The notes beneath the pieces are model-generated. The model searched no databases and was not told the DNA's origin. It saw nothing but the letters and a program-made list of their open reading frames with translations. A program made the position numbers and the translations under genes. 64,000 bases of DNA. Source: Sphaerodactylus townsendi (lineage: Eukaryota). The stretch lies in NCBI RefSeq assembly GCF_021028975.2, contig NC_059439.1, positions 23,808,001-23,872,000 of the forward strand, in the 5' to 3' direction. Positions 26,835 to 37,783 of the stretch are shown here, piece by piece; within the stretch, counting starts at the first letter, position 1; each line of letters starts with the position of its first letter.

Positions 26835-29800
26835 GTGAGTATTATTGACAGGCAGGGAAATTGCCTCATGATTCATCCCCTCTCGCGCATGCATGTGTGG
26901 ACACGCGCAAGCACACCGACAAATGGTTGCCATGAGTTCATGGCATGCCGAAACAAATAGTTGGAATGTTTTCATGCCATTTATTTAATTTATTTTCATT
27001 GAACAAAATGAATACTCTGCCTTTTGTTTTAGTCAATTATTAAGAAACACTTTTAATTCAGAGCTGAGGAGAACAGAAACTATTTGTACACATCTATTCA
27101 TACAAGTACTACGCTAATTTTCTACACACCCCGGAACTATTTCAGTAGTGTAAACCATCTGGTTTTCATATCTGAGATTCTTCACTCTTTTTTTCTGTAT
27201 ATAAGGTGTATTTTTGCTATCTCTAGAACAGAACATTACATCTAAGTGTTTAAGGAAGGGGTCTGCAACCTTTGACTGTAGAACCAACCGCGGGTCAATA
27301 AAGAACCAAAAATGTCACACCAAAAAAGGAAGTCAAATTTTCAATCAGGTTCATTCCACAATGAACGAACAAAAAAGATCATGAAGCTTGAACTGCCTCA
27401 CAATCTGCTGTTTTCTTTCCATAGATAGAACACAACATCTAGTATTTTCAGGCCATAGGTCAGAAAAAGACCCAGAAAGGATTAAAATGGACATCCAGCG
27501 AATCTTGATTGTGGGAAGAACACTTTACGTTAAGACTGTGTCAGTCATTTTTCCTTAANNNNNNNNNNNNNNNNNNNNNNNNNNNNNNNNNNNNNNNNNN
27601 NNNNNNNNNNNNNNNNNNNNNNNNNNNNNNNNNNNNNNNNNNNNNNNNNNNNNNNNNNNNNNNNNNNNNNNNNNNNNNNNNNNNNNNNNNNNNNNNNNNN
27701 NNNNNNNNNNNNNNNNNNNNNNNNNNNNNNNCATATAAGAGGGACACTGCTCACTGCAGTTGTGTACTCTTTGCAAATTGAGTGGCTGGGTCATTAATTT
27801 CCCTCCTTTGTTTACAGGAACGCTGTATATGCCATCCATCTGGATACAGAACATAAAGGTGCAATCTACTACATCAACGTAAGTTTTGTTACATTATTCT
27901 CATGTCAGGGCACATTTTAATCTTGATCAAAAGATCTCTGTGATTACAAACAATGGCATATGTTTGCAGTGGGGAGTTTGAATGACATGTCATGCCTTCT
28001 TTTATGTAATTCACTATTCCAAGTGCTTCACATATAATAAGTAGAAAAGTTCATATGATCCAGTTGGAACAGAACTAATTGTGTGCTAGTCTATCTTGTT
28101 TTTGACTTCAAATTATTTAATATATTTGAATAGATAACCATAAAATTAAGTGAGCACTGTCAATCCACAGACTCTGCTAGCTGATTTAGACACAGCAAAA
28201 TGTACGATAAGTTTGTCGCCAAGAGGACATGTCTTTAAAATCCAGTTAGATCCAGTCAGTCATTTCACTCGTTCTATTCCAGTTCTTGGTTTTTCTACAG
28301 GCCCTGCCCACATGACTTTTCTCTATGCATGTCTTGGGACAACCACCATAGCTTTCGGGGGGGGGGGGGGGGAAGGACCTCAGAAGAAAAGCTGGTTGGA
28401 TCCAATGTAATAACTTCTTCATGGGTTTTTTTTCATTCTTGTAGAGACTGTTGTGGCCATCTAGTCTCGAACAAGAACAAAAATGCATGTTATTTGGAAA
28501 AACTAAGGTAATTATTTTTAATTTCTCTTGCAGCTGCTCATTAGTTTAGTTTCTTGACTGTTATTTAAGACATTTCTGAGGCCCTTTCCGCACGGGCCAA
28601 AAATGGTGGCCTGGGGACTGCAAAAACGCCGCCCCCAGGCTGCTGTTCGCACAGGTGGCACTGCTGAAATGCAGCAGCGCCGACCTGGCTCCCCTTCCCC
28701 TCCCTCAGGGCGGCATCAGGCCGTCCTCAAAAACACCCATTTAAAGGGTTGTTTTTGAGAAAACAGCGTGTTCCCTGCGGCGCGGTGCGAACGGCACCGC
28801 CGGGAACACGCTGTTTCCCCCGTCCCTCTCTTACTTACCTCGTCGCCGTCGTCGCCCTGCTGTCTTCCTAAGCCCCGCCCACGCTGTCCTCCGACCCCTG
28901 GAGGTCGGGCTGCAGCATGGGCAGGGCTTAGGAGGACAGCAGGGCGACGACAGCGAAGAGGTAAGTAAGAGAGGGATGGGGAAGAGGCGGCCCCTTCATC
29001 CGCCTAAAGAAGAACCATTGGACTGAATTCCATCAGTTTCTCTTATGGTGATGGAAAATGCTATCAAATGGCATCTGACCCTGTAAAATTTTCATTGCAA
29101 GAGAGAAACAGAGGTAGTTTGCCATTGCCTGCCTCTGTAAAGCAACCTTGTACTTCCTTGGTGGTCATCTGCACAAGCAGTGCTGCATTTTGACAAAAAT
29201 AGGTACATAATTGCATCCGTGTGATGCTTTGGGATTCATCAGAAACTCTCCAGTTTTACTGACATTTTCCCAGTATCATCTCACCGACAGCCCTACATTG
29301 ATCAGTTTTAAAGATAGAATTGCTGAGATAAGGACTAAAAGAATTGTACACTGCAAATTTTATCCTAAGGTTAGCAAAGAAATTCATTTTTATGTTAAAC
29401 TTCAGTTCATTTGCGGAAACAATGTTTCTCTTTTTTTAAATCCAGGAAGAATGTCAAAACTATATCAAGATTCTCGTGAAAAAAAGTGACCGTGAATTAT
29501 TAATTTGTGGGACACACGCCTTTGAGCCAAGGTGCGTGTATCAAGAGGTACGGATGTTGTGGAGATAACATATCCTGCTGGATCACACATTAACTGTGTT
29601 GAAGTGAACTAAAGCCATTGTAGGAGGGCCAGTCCTTTCTATTTATTTCTATATTCCATTGTCGTTGCTGTTAGGTGGACACTCTTGCATCCATAGGAAA
29701 GGAATTCAGCGGAAAGGGCTTATTGCCTTTTGATGGAAAGCAGACCAATATTGCCTTGTTTGCAGGTAATGAAGGAGAGAAACATGAACACTTTAATTTT

Positions 29801-32800
29801 TAAATTTTTTAAATCCCATCTTTCTTTCTAAAAGAAGTATCTAGCAACATATTAAGAACACATTTTATTAAAAGTCCGTCAGTACTGAAAAAGCCTGTGG
29901 TTGGCTTAGACAACTTTCTTGCACCATCTGTTCCCATTCTATTCCTTAGTATAATCCCACCCCTGAATGGCTTTTGTCCATGAAAATTGCAGGGTGGACT
30001 CTGCAAAGTGAATGTAGAACTCAACAATGTTGAAAGTGAGCCTTAAACTGCGTTGAAGGGACTGTAGAGGTTTCCTTGGTGCTTGAAGTCAAATTTAAAG
30101 TTCCAGACCTCACTGTAATTGTGCACGGGCCACATTGTCTAGTGTGCCTGAACAGCAATGCATCCATAGCTCAAAATGGAGCACTGCAAAACATTTCAGT
30201 CCTGATATATGTATTCAACTGAAATGCAGGCCATGCTTTTAAGTGTTTCAGCACTCTACAGCATTTGAAAGGGAGCAATTGATTCAGCTAAATGTTCTTA
30301 AGATTGCAGGAGGAAAGGAAGTGATGGGATACCAACCAACCTTATTACATGATCCCTGTGTCATTTTCAAGCTGAGAATCACTAGGTGTTATTTTTAATG
30401 GCCTGCTCCATTGGTCAATGTAGAAGTGTGATGGTACTCTTTTTCTCTGTCTTTGTCTCCTTCATTTTCAACTCCAACTCCAAAGATGGAAGTTTGTATA
30501 CTGGCACTATGACTGACTTCCGATCAACGAGGCCTGTCTTTCAGCGGAGCTTTGGAAAGCTTCCAACTTTGAAAACAGTTGATCAAGATTTCCGCTGGCT
30601 TTACGGTGAATAAATTAGTAGAGGAAAAAGTAGAGGAAAGTAGAGGGAAAAGACAGTAGTTATGATTTGAATCTGTAAGTGTGTGATGTTAAGTCATAGC
30701 TGATTTATGGTGACCCATAGGGTTTTCAAGGTAAGAGACATGGTGGTTTGCTGTTGCTTGCCTGTATGCAGGCTGAGAGACTTGATCTCTGTTAACCACT
30801 AGATCATGCTTGCTCTAGACCAGTGGTGGCGAAACTATGGCACTCCAGATGTTCATGGACTACAACTCCCATCAGTCCCAATTGGCCACGCTGGCAGGGG
30901 CTGATGGGCATTGTAGTCCATGAACATCTGGAGTGCCATAGGTTCGCCACCACTGCTCTAGACATTCATAAACCTCAAGAGCTACCAGAGTAAGATACGG
31001 TATACCCTTTTCAAAAATCTGCATATTTCATTACACTATGGAAAAGATTTCTTTATTTAAATATAATTATTTTTGCTACTTTTTCACTAGAGTAGGATCT
31101 CCAAAGGCAGAAAATGTCAAGGCATTAAAACATTTAAAACCGCATTTTAAAAATGTATATGTCCAATATTGAGCAAAACAATAAAAAACACATTGGAATG
31201 TAAACACAACACGAGCTGGGAGGAGAACCAATACGTTTACTGGGGTTATGCCAAACAAAACAAAAAGCTGTTCACCTGCTGTTAGTTGACAAGGACAGAA
31301 GCAGACAGATGAATCTTCCTGGGAAGGGATGCCTAAAGTTTCAATGCCATGACCAAGAAAACATTTTCCCCTTCAGGTTGTCATCCATCTAGGTTGAGAG
31401 CCCTTACAGCTGAGAAAAGCAGGGTATAAATCCAAGCTCTTTTCCCCCCTTTATTGGCTGTGTTTATTGGCATGATTTTTAAAACATTTACTGGGATGGT
31501 TTTATTGCTGCCTCATGATGTGAATATTGTACATCAACATTTCATTTATTTTTAATATTTTATACAAACTTGGTTTTTACTGTTTTCCAACTTTTTTAAA
31601 ACTGGTTTTTACTGTTGGTTTTTACTGTTTTCTTCTTGTTGTTTTTATTTTTGTGAGCCACCTTGAGCAGATCTAAATAGATTTTGGAAATAAATATATG
31701 AATAAACATTCACACGCATGATCACAACCTTTTGTCTCATTCACAGATCCTCAGTTCATTCATGTAGTGGAGTACGGTGACTACATCTACCTCTTCTTTC
31801 ATGAACTGTCGCTGGAATACAAGAATGTTGCTAAGGTAAGGGGTAAAATGTCACAGGTTAATGCAAGTTAGGGATGCTGTTGAAGTGACAATGGAAAGCT
31901 TATTTGGAATGGGGGCTTTTCCATATGGCTTTTCTTTGGTGGGCTCTGGCCCCATACTGCTTTGGTTTATCCTCTAATTTCCACACACATTTTTGTGCTT
32001 TTAGTGTTAACATCAAGTTTTGTCTCCCCTTCCCACTTTTGCCCCAACCTTTTTCTGGCAGACAATTGTGAATTGCCTTTTTCGTTGTGCCTAATGTTTT
32101 TGCCAGTTCTTTTTATCCTACCTGACCCCATTCACCTTCAGCTCACTTTTTGATGATTGGACTATCATCGCCATCGTTCTCCCTCCTCCCACTTTTCATT
32201 TTCATTTTTTTATGAACAATCCCTAAAATACCAACATGTTGATATATTGTAATGATAGATTAACCAGGTTCTCTGAATTCTCAGCTTTCATTTGTAAAGT
32301 AAATCTTTAGTCCCTTCCTTTGTCGAGATGAATAAAGTTTGTTTTGCCTACCGATCCTGCACAAATGTTGTTTTTCCTTTTTTGGTTTTCAGAAGTATGT
32401 CTACCAAGCTATGACACAAATATGCACATATTGCAACTTCTGTAACTGTGATGTTGAAGATTTGCAGACATCTCCCTGATAACACATGAGAAAAGGAAAA
32501 ACAACACATTTGCAGGTTCACTAAGAAAAACCAACTTTATTCATCTACTTTTTATACAGAAATTGCATGGAGATGAGCTGCAAGCAGAGGAAACCTCCAT
32601 GGGGAACCTTCAGAGAATCTCTGCTGCAGCACACAAAATGGCAGGTGTGAACAGTGAAAATGAAAGTAAAATGTTTGGGTGTGAGGAATAAAGTGTTTCC
32701 TGCCTGCTTTTGTTTATTCAGAAGGCTGCAAAGGTCCAACTCAAGGGCCCTTTCCACACGGGCATTTTATGGCACCCTGGGGATGGCAAAAACGCCGTCC

Positions 32801-35145
32801 CCAGGGAGCCATTTGCACAGGGCTCGACCGGCGCGAAGCCGGCATTTCCCAACCTTGCTTGGCAAGCGAGGTTGTTTGGAAATGCCGGCTCGGAGCCGCT
32901 GCCATGCAAACGGCGGTGTCTCCAAGGTACCCTCCCCCCCACTCCCACCCTTCACTTACCTTGTCTCTGGCCCTCCGGCGCGTCGCCGAGGCCTGGGGAC
33001 ATGCCCCCCTGCCCTGCGACACTGAAGCAGGCACGCAGGGCCGGGGGGCGTGTCTCCAGGCCTCGGCGACGTGCCAGAGGGCCAGGGACACGCCGGGTCG
33101 GCCGGGCGACGGCGCTCCGCGGCACCGTCTGCCCGGCTGTTTCTGGGACCATTTGTGCAAACGGTCCCAGGGGGGGTTGGGTCGGTGTGGAATGTGCCTA
33201 CCCAACCCCCATCGACGCCGTGCAGAAATGGCCAAGGTTAGGGGGAAAGATTGCTAGTTTAGCGAGTTTTGAAAAACCCAGGTTTAGAAAATAAAATGTT
33301 TTGAAGATATTTGGAGATGAGAGCTGTGTGAACTTCTTCTCCAAAATGGTTTTGAAAATGTTTTATTTCTGTTGTGAGTAAATCACCATTGAAATCACCA
33401 TATGATCTCCAACATAGATGTTTTGGGTGGCCAAAGAGGAGCTCGCTTTTTCTTTTCCTCAGCTAAGAAAAGCTGATCCCACTCATCATTTGTTTTGCCC
33501 ATTAAAATATTTTTTGTATGTATCAAATATTATATACCCTGTGATTTCTATCTCTGTATTGACAGCAAAAAAGTAAAGAAACCTCTGAGAATCTTTTTAC
33601 AAACTCCAGATGTTTCCATGTTCCCATTCTCCTATTCTCCCTTCCTTTGTTTATTAAGGTAATTTTACCGAGAGTAGCTCGGGTCTGCAAGAATGACATG
33701 GGTGGAAAACGAATTCTTCAAAAACAGTGGACTTCCTTCCTGAAGGCACGAATGATCTGTTCAGTCCAAGGCGATATGCCTTTTTATTTTAATGTACTGA
33801 GATCTGTTACAGATATAGTCAAAATCAATGGTCGAGATATTGTTGTGGCAGTCTTCACCACCCCTAGAAACAGGTAACTTCTGCAAGAACTTTTCTTCAA
33901 CATAGTCAAACAAGCTCTTTAGGAGAACAAGCTGGTGAAAAAAAATAAAAATAAATGATTTTTATCAGCTCTTTCCTTCATAAAATGAGACTCCCTTCTA
34001 AAAATGGATATCCTTTTTTTTGTCTAACCAGAATTTGAATATAACCAATTTGTTTGCTAGAGTTCTCCTCAACACCATGAGCATCTGAGCCCATGAATCA
34101 GAAATTTCTCACTCATTGTCACTCATTGTCACTCATATTGCTGTGTCTCTTAACTCTTATACTTGATTTATGCCAACAAAGATTGACTGACTGACTGATG
34201 CCCATTCCCCATAGACCTGTATAAATGAGTGTAGGATGGTAAAACCCCCATTTTGGGGGGGAACTTCTCACAGACCCTGCCCTTAAAACGAGTCTGCCCC
34301 ACGTTATTTCCCCAGTAAGGGTCTTAAAAAATCCCAGGTTTCAGCAGGTCACAAGCAAATGGTTGGGCAGAAGGCGCTTTATTCGCCTCCATATTCCTTT
34401 AAAAAAATTCATGGCTCACATCTGCATAGATACGCAGGTGCAGATGGTGATGTATAGTGAGGCATCAGGAGGACTGTAGGGGTTCATGATGCATGCCTGC
34501 ATAGCTACGCATCAGTGGGAAGTAAATTTTTAAAAAAGGGATGTGTCTCCATGCGAAGGCACGACAGCAACCTGGATTGTTTCTGTGGGCTCCAATCACT
34601 GTCTGCACAAATGCATATGAATGTGAAAAAAAGAAAACCGGTCACTTCATCCCGACCGCAACCCATTATACATTTGCTGTACGGAAGGGGCCTCACAGAA
34701 TCAAGTGGAATGTGGCCAGAAGTCTTCTACTTAACTATTGTGTTTGTGACTTTATATATAGTTATAGCTGAAGCTACAGATGTGTGTATATATATCTCTA
34801 TATACCTTCTCATGACTGCCAAAGAAATATACCGGCTTATAAAGCAAAGACTCCTTGAACAGGAATCTCAACCATTGATGACACAGGCAAATAAAGTTTG
34901 TTCTCCCATCCATCTGAACATTTTGCCTCTTTTCTCCATTCCAGCTAACTGTTTACATCTCCGACGCGATCCCAACCTCACTTGTAACTATTTCTGGGAA
35001 TTTCACATTGCAGCATCCCTGGCTCAGCTGTATGCGCTTTTGATATGCAGGATGTTGAGGCGGTGTTTGCTGGGAATTTCAAAACACAGAGGGACTATGA
35101 CACAATATGGACACCGCTTCATGAAGAGAGAGTCCCCAAACCCAG
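26741..35145 (+). CDS. SEMA6A-like: Divergent class 6 semaphorin (SEMA6A-like), ten spliced coding exons, 3'-incomplete in this window
   Basis: join(26741..26834,27425..27539,27818..27878,28445..28507,29446..29547,29675..29765,30486..30605,31747..31835,33659..33873,35014..35145). All introns GT-AG, phases 1,2,0,0,0,1,1,0,2, no stops over 1082 nt. Collinear with the SEMA6A signal peptide and sema domain. Confidence 0.92.
27425..27539 (+). CDS. SEMA6A-like: SEMA6A-like coding exon 2
   Basis: (Y)[37 protein letters not shown]; acceptor ttccatag, donor gtcagt. Confidence 0.85.
27559..27731. other. Assembly gap (N) inside semaphorin intron 2
   Basis: Run of N. Confidence 1.
27818..27878 (+). CDS. 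SEMA6A-like: SEMA6A-like coding exon 3
   Basis: [20 protein letters not shown], 61 nt; tttacag / gtaagt. Confidence 0.85.
28445..28507 (+). CDS. SEMA6A-like: SEMA6A-like coding exon 4
   Basis: [21 protein letters not shown], 63 nt; cttgtag / gtaatt. Confidence 0.85.
28580..29000. mobile_element. Family B GC-rich MITE, partial, intronic
   Basis: Starts GGCCCTTTCCGCACGG; internal hairpin at ~28820-28980. Confidence 0.6.
29446..29547 (+). CDS. SEMA6A-like: SEMA6A-like coding exon 5
   Basis: [34 protein letters not shown] (sema CGTxAFxPxC motif), 102 nt; tccag / gtacgg. Confidence 0.92.
29675..29765 (+). CDS. SEMA6A-like: SEMA6A-like coding exon 6
   Basis: [30 protein letters not shown], 91 nt; gttag / gtaatg. 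Confidence 0.9.
30486..30605 (+). CDS. SEMA6A-like: SEMA6A-like coding exon 7
   Basis: [40 protein letters not shown], 120 nt; caaag / gtgaat. Confidence 0.92.
30821..30955. mobile_element. hAT-type MITE, complete
   Basis: TIRs CAGTGGTGGCGAA / TTCGCCACCACTG; 8-bp TSD CTCTAGAC on both sides. Confidence 0.9.
31747..31835 (+). CDS. SEMA6A-like: SEMA6A-like coding exon 8
   Basis: [30 protein letters not shown], 89 nt; tcacag / gtaagg. Confidence 0.92.
32746..33233. mobile_element. Family B GC-rich Harbinger-like MITE, complete, intronic
   Basis: GGCCCTTTCCACACGG...CCGTGCAGAAATGGCC with AAG 3-bp TSD; internally similar to 18376-18891. Confidence 0.85.
33659..33873 (+). CDS. SEMA6A-like: SEMA6A-like coding exon 9
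   Basis: [71 protein letters not shown], the hallmark semaphorin motif; 215 nt; ttaag / gtaact. Confidence 0.95.
35014..35145 (+). CDS. SEMA6A-like: SEMA6A-like coding exon 10
   Basis: (S)[44 protein letters not shown], 132 nt; ttgcag / gtatta. Confidence 0.93.
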
Positions 35146-35259
35146 GTATTATCTGTGTAATAATGACCGTAGTTTTCCCAGAAATGGAAATTTGGTATGC
35201 AATGCAAATACTGGAAAGTTATCTTTGGCAACCCTTTGAAGAGTAACATTGCTCTAAGT

Positions 35260-35899
35260 CAGGGGTCCCCAAACTTTTTAAACAGGGGGCCAGTTCACTG
35301 TCCCTCATACTGTTGGAGGGTCGGACTAAAAAAAACTATGAACAAATTCCTATGCACAAATGATTGTAAAATGTTTGATTTCACCTTTCAGCCTTTCTGT
35401 CATGGTCTATTTTTAGAACAGTGACCAAAGTATGTCAAGTACAGGGTGGGCTCCAAATATTGTTGGGGAGGCTGTGGAATACCTTCCCCTGTAAAAAAAA
35501 AAAGCAGAACTTTCCCAATGAAACATTCCATCTAACCCAGGATCAGGTATCTTCCTGGGTTCTTTCCTCCATAGCAGCCAGCGATCGATTCGCCAGCCTG
35601 GCTGATGCCAATGGGAGTGAGGCGGAACAGAAAGCCTGAGAGCAACACATGGAGTAGCTGAGAGGGAAGGGTGGAGCAGGCATTGCCACATGTAAGGTTT
35701 CCAACTCTGGGTCAGAAAATTCATGGAGATTTGGGGGTGCCATCATGTAACTGCAATCAACAGCCATTGGGGCTGGTTCCTCCTCTCCCTCGAGCCCCCA
35801 CTGCACATGAATGGAGCCATAGCCACCATGCCTGGCGGGCCAGATAAATGCCTTCAGGGGGCCACATTTGGCCCCCAGGCCATAGTTTGGGGACCCCTG
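35260..35899. mobile_element. hAT-type non-autonomous DNA transposon, complete
   Basis: TIRs CAGGGGTCCCCAAACT / AGTTTGGGGACCCCTG; 8-bp TSD CTCTAAGT. Confidence 0.9.
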
Positions 35900-36307
35900 C
35901 TCTAAGTCCATTAGATATAATGATATAAAAAGCTTCTAATTCCAGAAATGGGAGTCTTGCTTTGGATCTGAACTGTGCTTAATGAATAGAATCTCAACAC
36001 ACTACACGCTTTGGGGTGGATCAACGAGACTTGCTGCTGGGGAAAAAATGATGGGGTGATCCCTTTCAGCCGCTGAAACAAGACAATCTTGGATTTACTG
36101 GATGCATGGACAGAATCCATGTGGGAGAGGGAATATAATAAGGAAGCAAATTAGGCAAGAATGAGTGAAAAATCTTTCTATATATCTGTTTATTGCGTTC
36201 ATACAAGGAATGGCAAATCTGCATTTCCTAAGACTCAAAAATCTGTGTGGGGTATTTATGTAAATTAATGGTCATCCATTAAGCATTCCTATAATAAACA
36301 GAACCAA

Positions 36308-36308
36308 A

Positions 36309-36372
<64 letters not shown>
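36308..36372. repeat. (TTA)n microsatellite
   Basis: Seen directly; flanks the R4/Dong element. Confidence 0.95.
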
Positions 36373-37047
36373 GATACAAAACAGTTATACACAGCAAACA
36401 AGATCAATATGCTGGATTTTGTATTACATCACACTTCGGACACTTCCCAAGCATCTAGGACTGTGTGATGTATCGACGAATAATGCGTGCAGAGCCGAGT
36501 AGGGTGGCCTTTTGCAGCTGACATGTGGTGATTTTGTCAGCGCCAATTGTTTTTAAGTGCCGTTCAAGATCTTTAGGCACTGCACCCAGTGTGCCGATCA
36601 CCACTGGGACCACCTTTACTGGTTTGTGCCAGAGTCTTTGTAGTTCAATCCTTAAATCCTCGTATCGTGTAAGTTTTTCCAGTTGCTTCTCATCAATCCT
36701 GCTGTCACCAGGAATTGCAACATCAACTATCCACACTTTCTTTTTTTTCCACAATCGTGAGGTCAGGAGTATTGTGTTCCAAAACTTTGTCAGTCTGAAT
36801 TCGGAAGTCCCAGAGTAGTTTTACGTGTTCATTTTCAGTGACCTTTTCAGGTTTGTGATTCCACCAGTTCTTTGTCACAGGCAGATGGTAGTTGTGGCAC
36901 AAGTTCCAGTGAATCATCTGAGCAACAGTATTATGCCTCTGCTTGTATTATGCCTCTGCTTGCGCGATCTTCTTGCAGCAGCTAAGTATGTGATCTATTG
37001 TTTCGTCTGCTTCCTTGCAGAGTCTGCACTTGGGATCTGTAGTTGAC

Positions 37048-37048
<1 letters not shown>
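36373..37048 (-). mobile_element. R4/Dong-clade non-LTR retrotransposon, 5'-truncated (zinc knuckle plus restriction-like endonuclease)
   Basis: CRLCKEADETIDHILSCC, LLWDFRIQTD..HNTPDL, IVDVAIP..EKLTRY..VVPVVIGTLG..LQKATLLGSARII; (TTA)n on both sides. Confidence 0.88.

Positions 37049-37119
<71 letters not shown>
37049..37119. repeat. (TTA)n microsatellite
   Basis: Seen directly. Confidence 0.95.
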
Positions 37120-37379
37120 TAGATTTCATAGAATGCCCAATCCCCAAAAGGCTCTGAGTGGTATACAGAAAGCAATGAAACAACAATACAATATATAAAC
37201 ATGAACATTGAAATCCCTTAAGATCACAGTAGCAGCATTATCATAAAACCCACATTGATTGGATGATGGTGTCCGATTCAAAGGCTGGGAGGGGAACAGC
37301 AATGCAAAAATAGTGAAGATACAATACAAGGGCAATGCTGGAGATGGTATAGGAATATAATGCAGGGGCATCAAGAGCG

Positions 37380-37543
37380 GGCAGGCAATCCGCAGCTGGC
37401 ATCCCCCAAAGCCCAGTGGAACAATTCATTTTTGCAGGCCCTGCGGAACTCCTGGAGGCCCTAACAGCAGGTGGAAGAGTGTTCCACCAGGCAGGGGCCA
37501 GGGCCGTAAAAGCCCTGGCCTGGGTAGAGGCCAGCCGCAACAT
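37380..37543 (-). mobile_element. L2/CR1-group LINE 3' ORF fragment
   Basis: RAFTALAPAWWNTLPPAVR motif. Confidence 0.65.
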
Positions 37544-37783
37544 TGATGTGGGTTCAAATACACTACTATGCCTTTATATAACTGTGACAACTAACTCATG
37601 TTGTAATCAGTCTCCTGTTCCACCTCCACTTACAGATAGCCACCAATTCTACACTGAACTATGCAGAAGCAGTAATTCACAATCAAGGCAACATTATGCA
37701 GGGTTACTCCAGATTAGGCTCACTGAAATCAAAGATCTTGGACTGAATCTTGGACAGCATAGAACTGTAACACTGTACCATTT

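Noticed and set aside
27509-27854. ORFs containing X runs (also 53329-53628)
   Set aside because: Artefacts of the N gaps
34515-35246. 243-aa ORF
   Set aside because: A chance fusion of intron sequence, a LINE remnant ([11 protein letters not shown]) and an off-frame reading of semaphorin exon 10
35421-35639. QNFPNETFHL resembling SEMA6A NEFPDDTLNF, a candidate exon 11
   Set aside because: It lies inside a hAT element, lacks PGCC and HPLM, and has no in-phase splice sites that I could support
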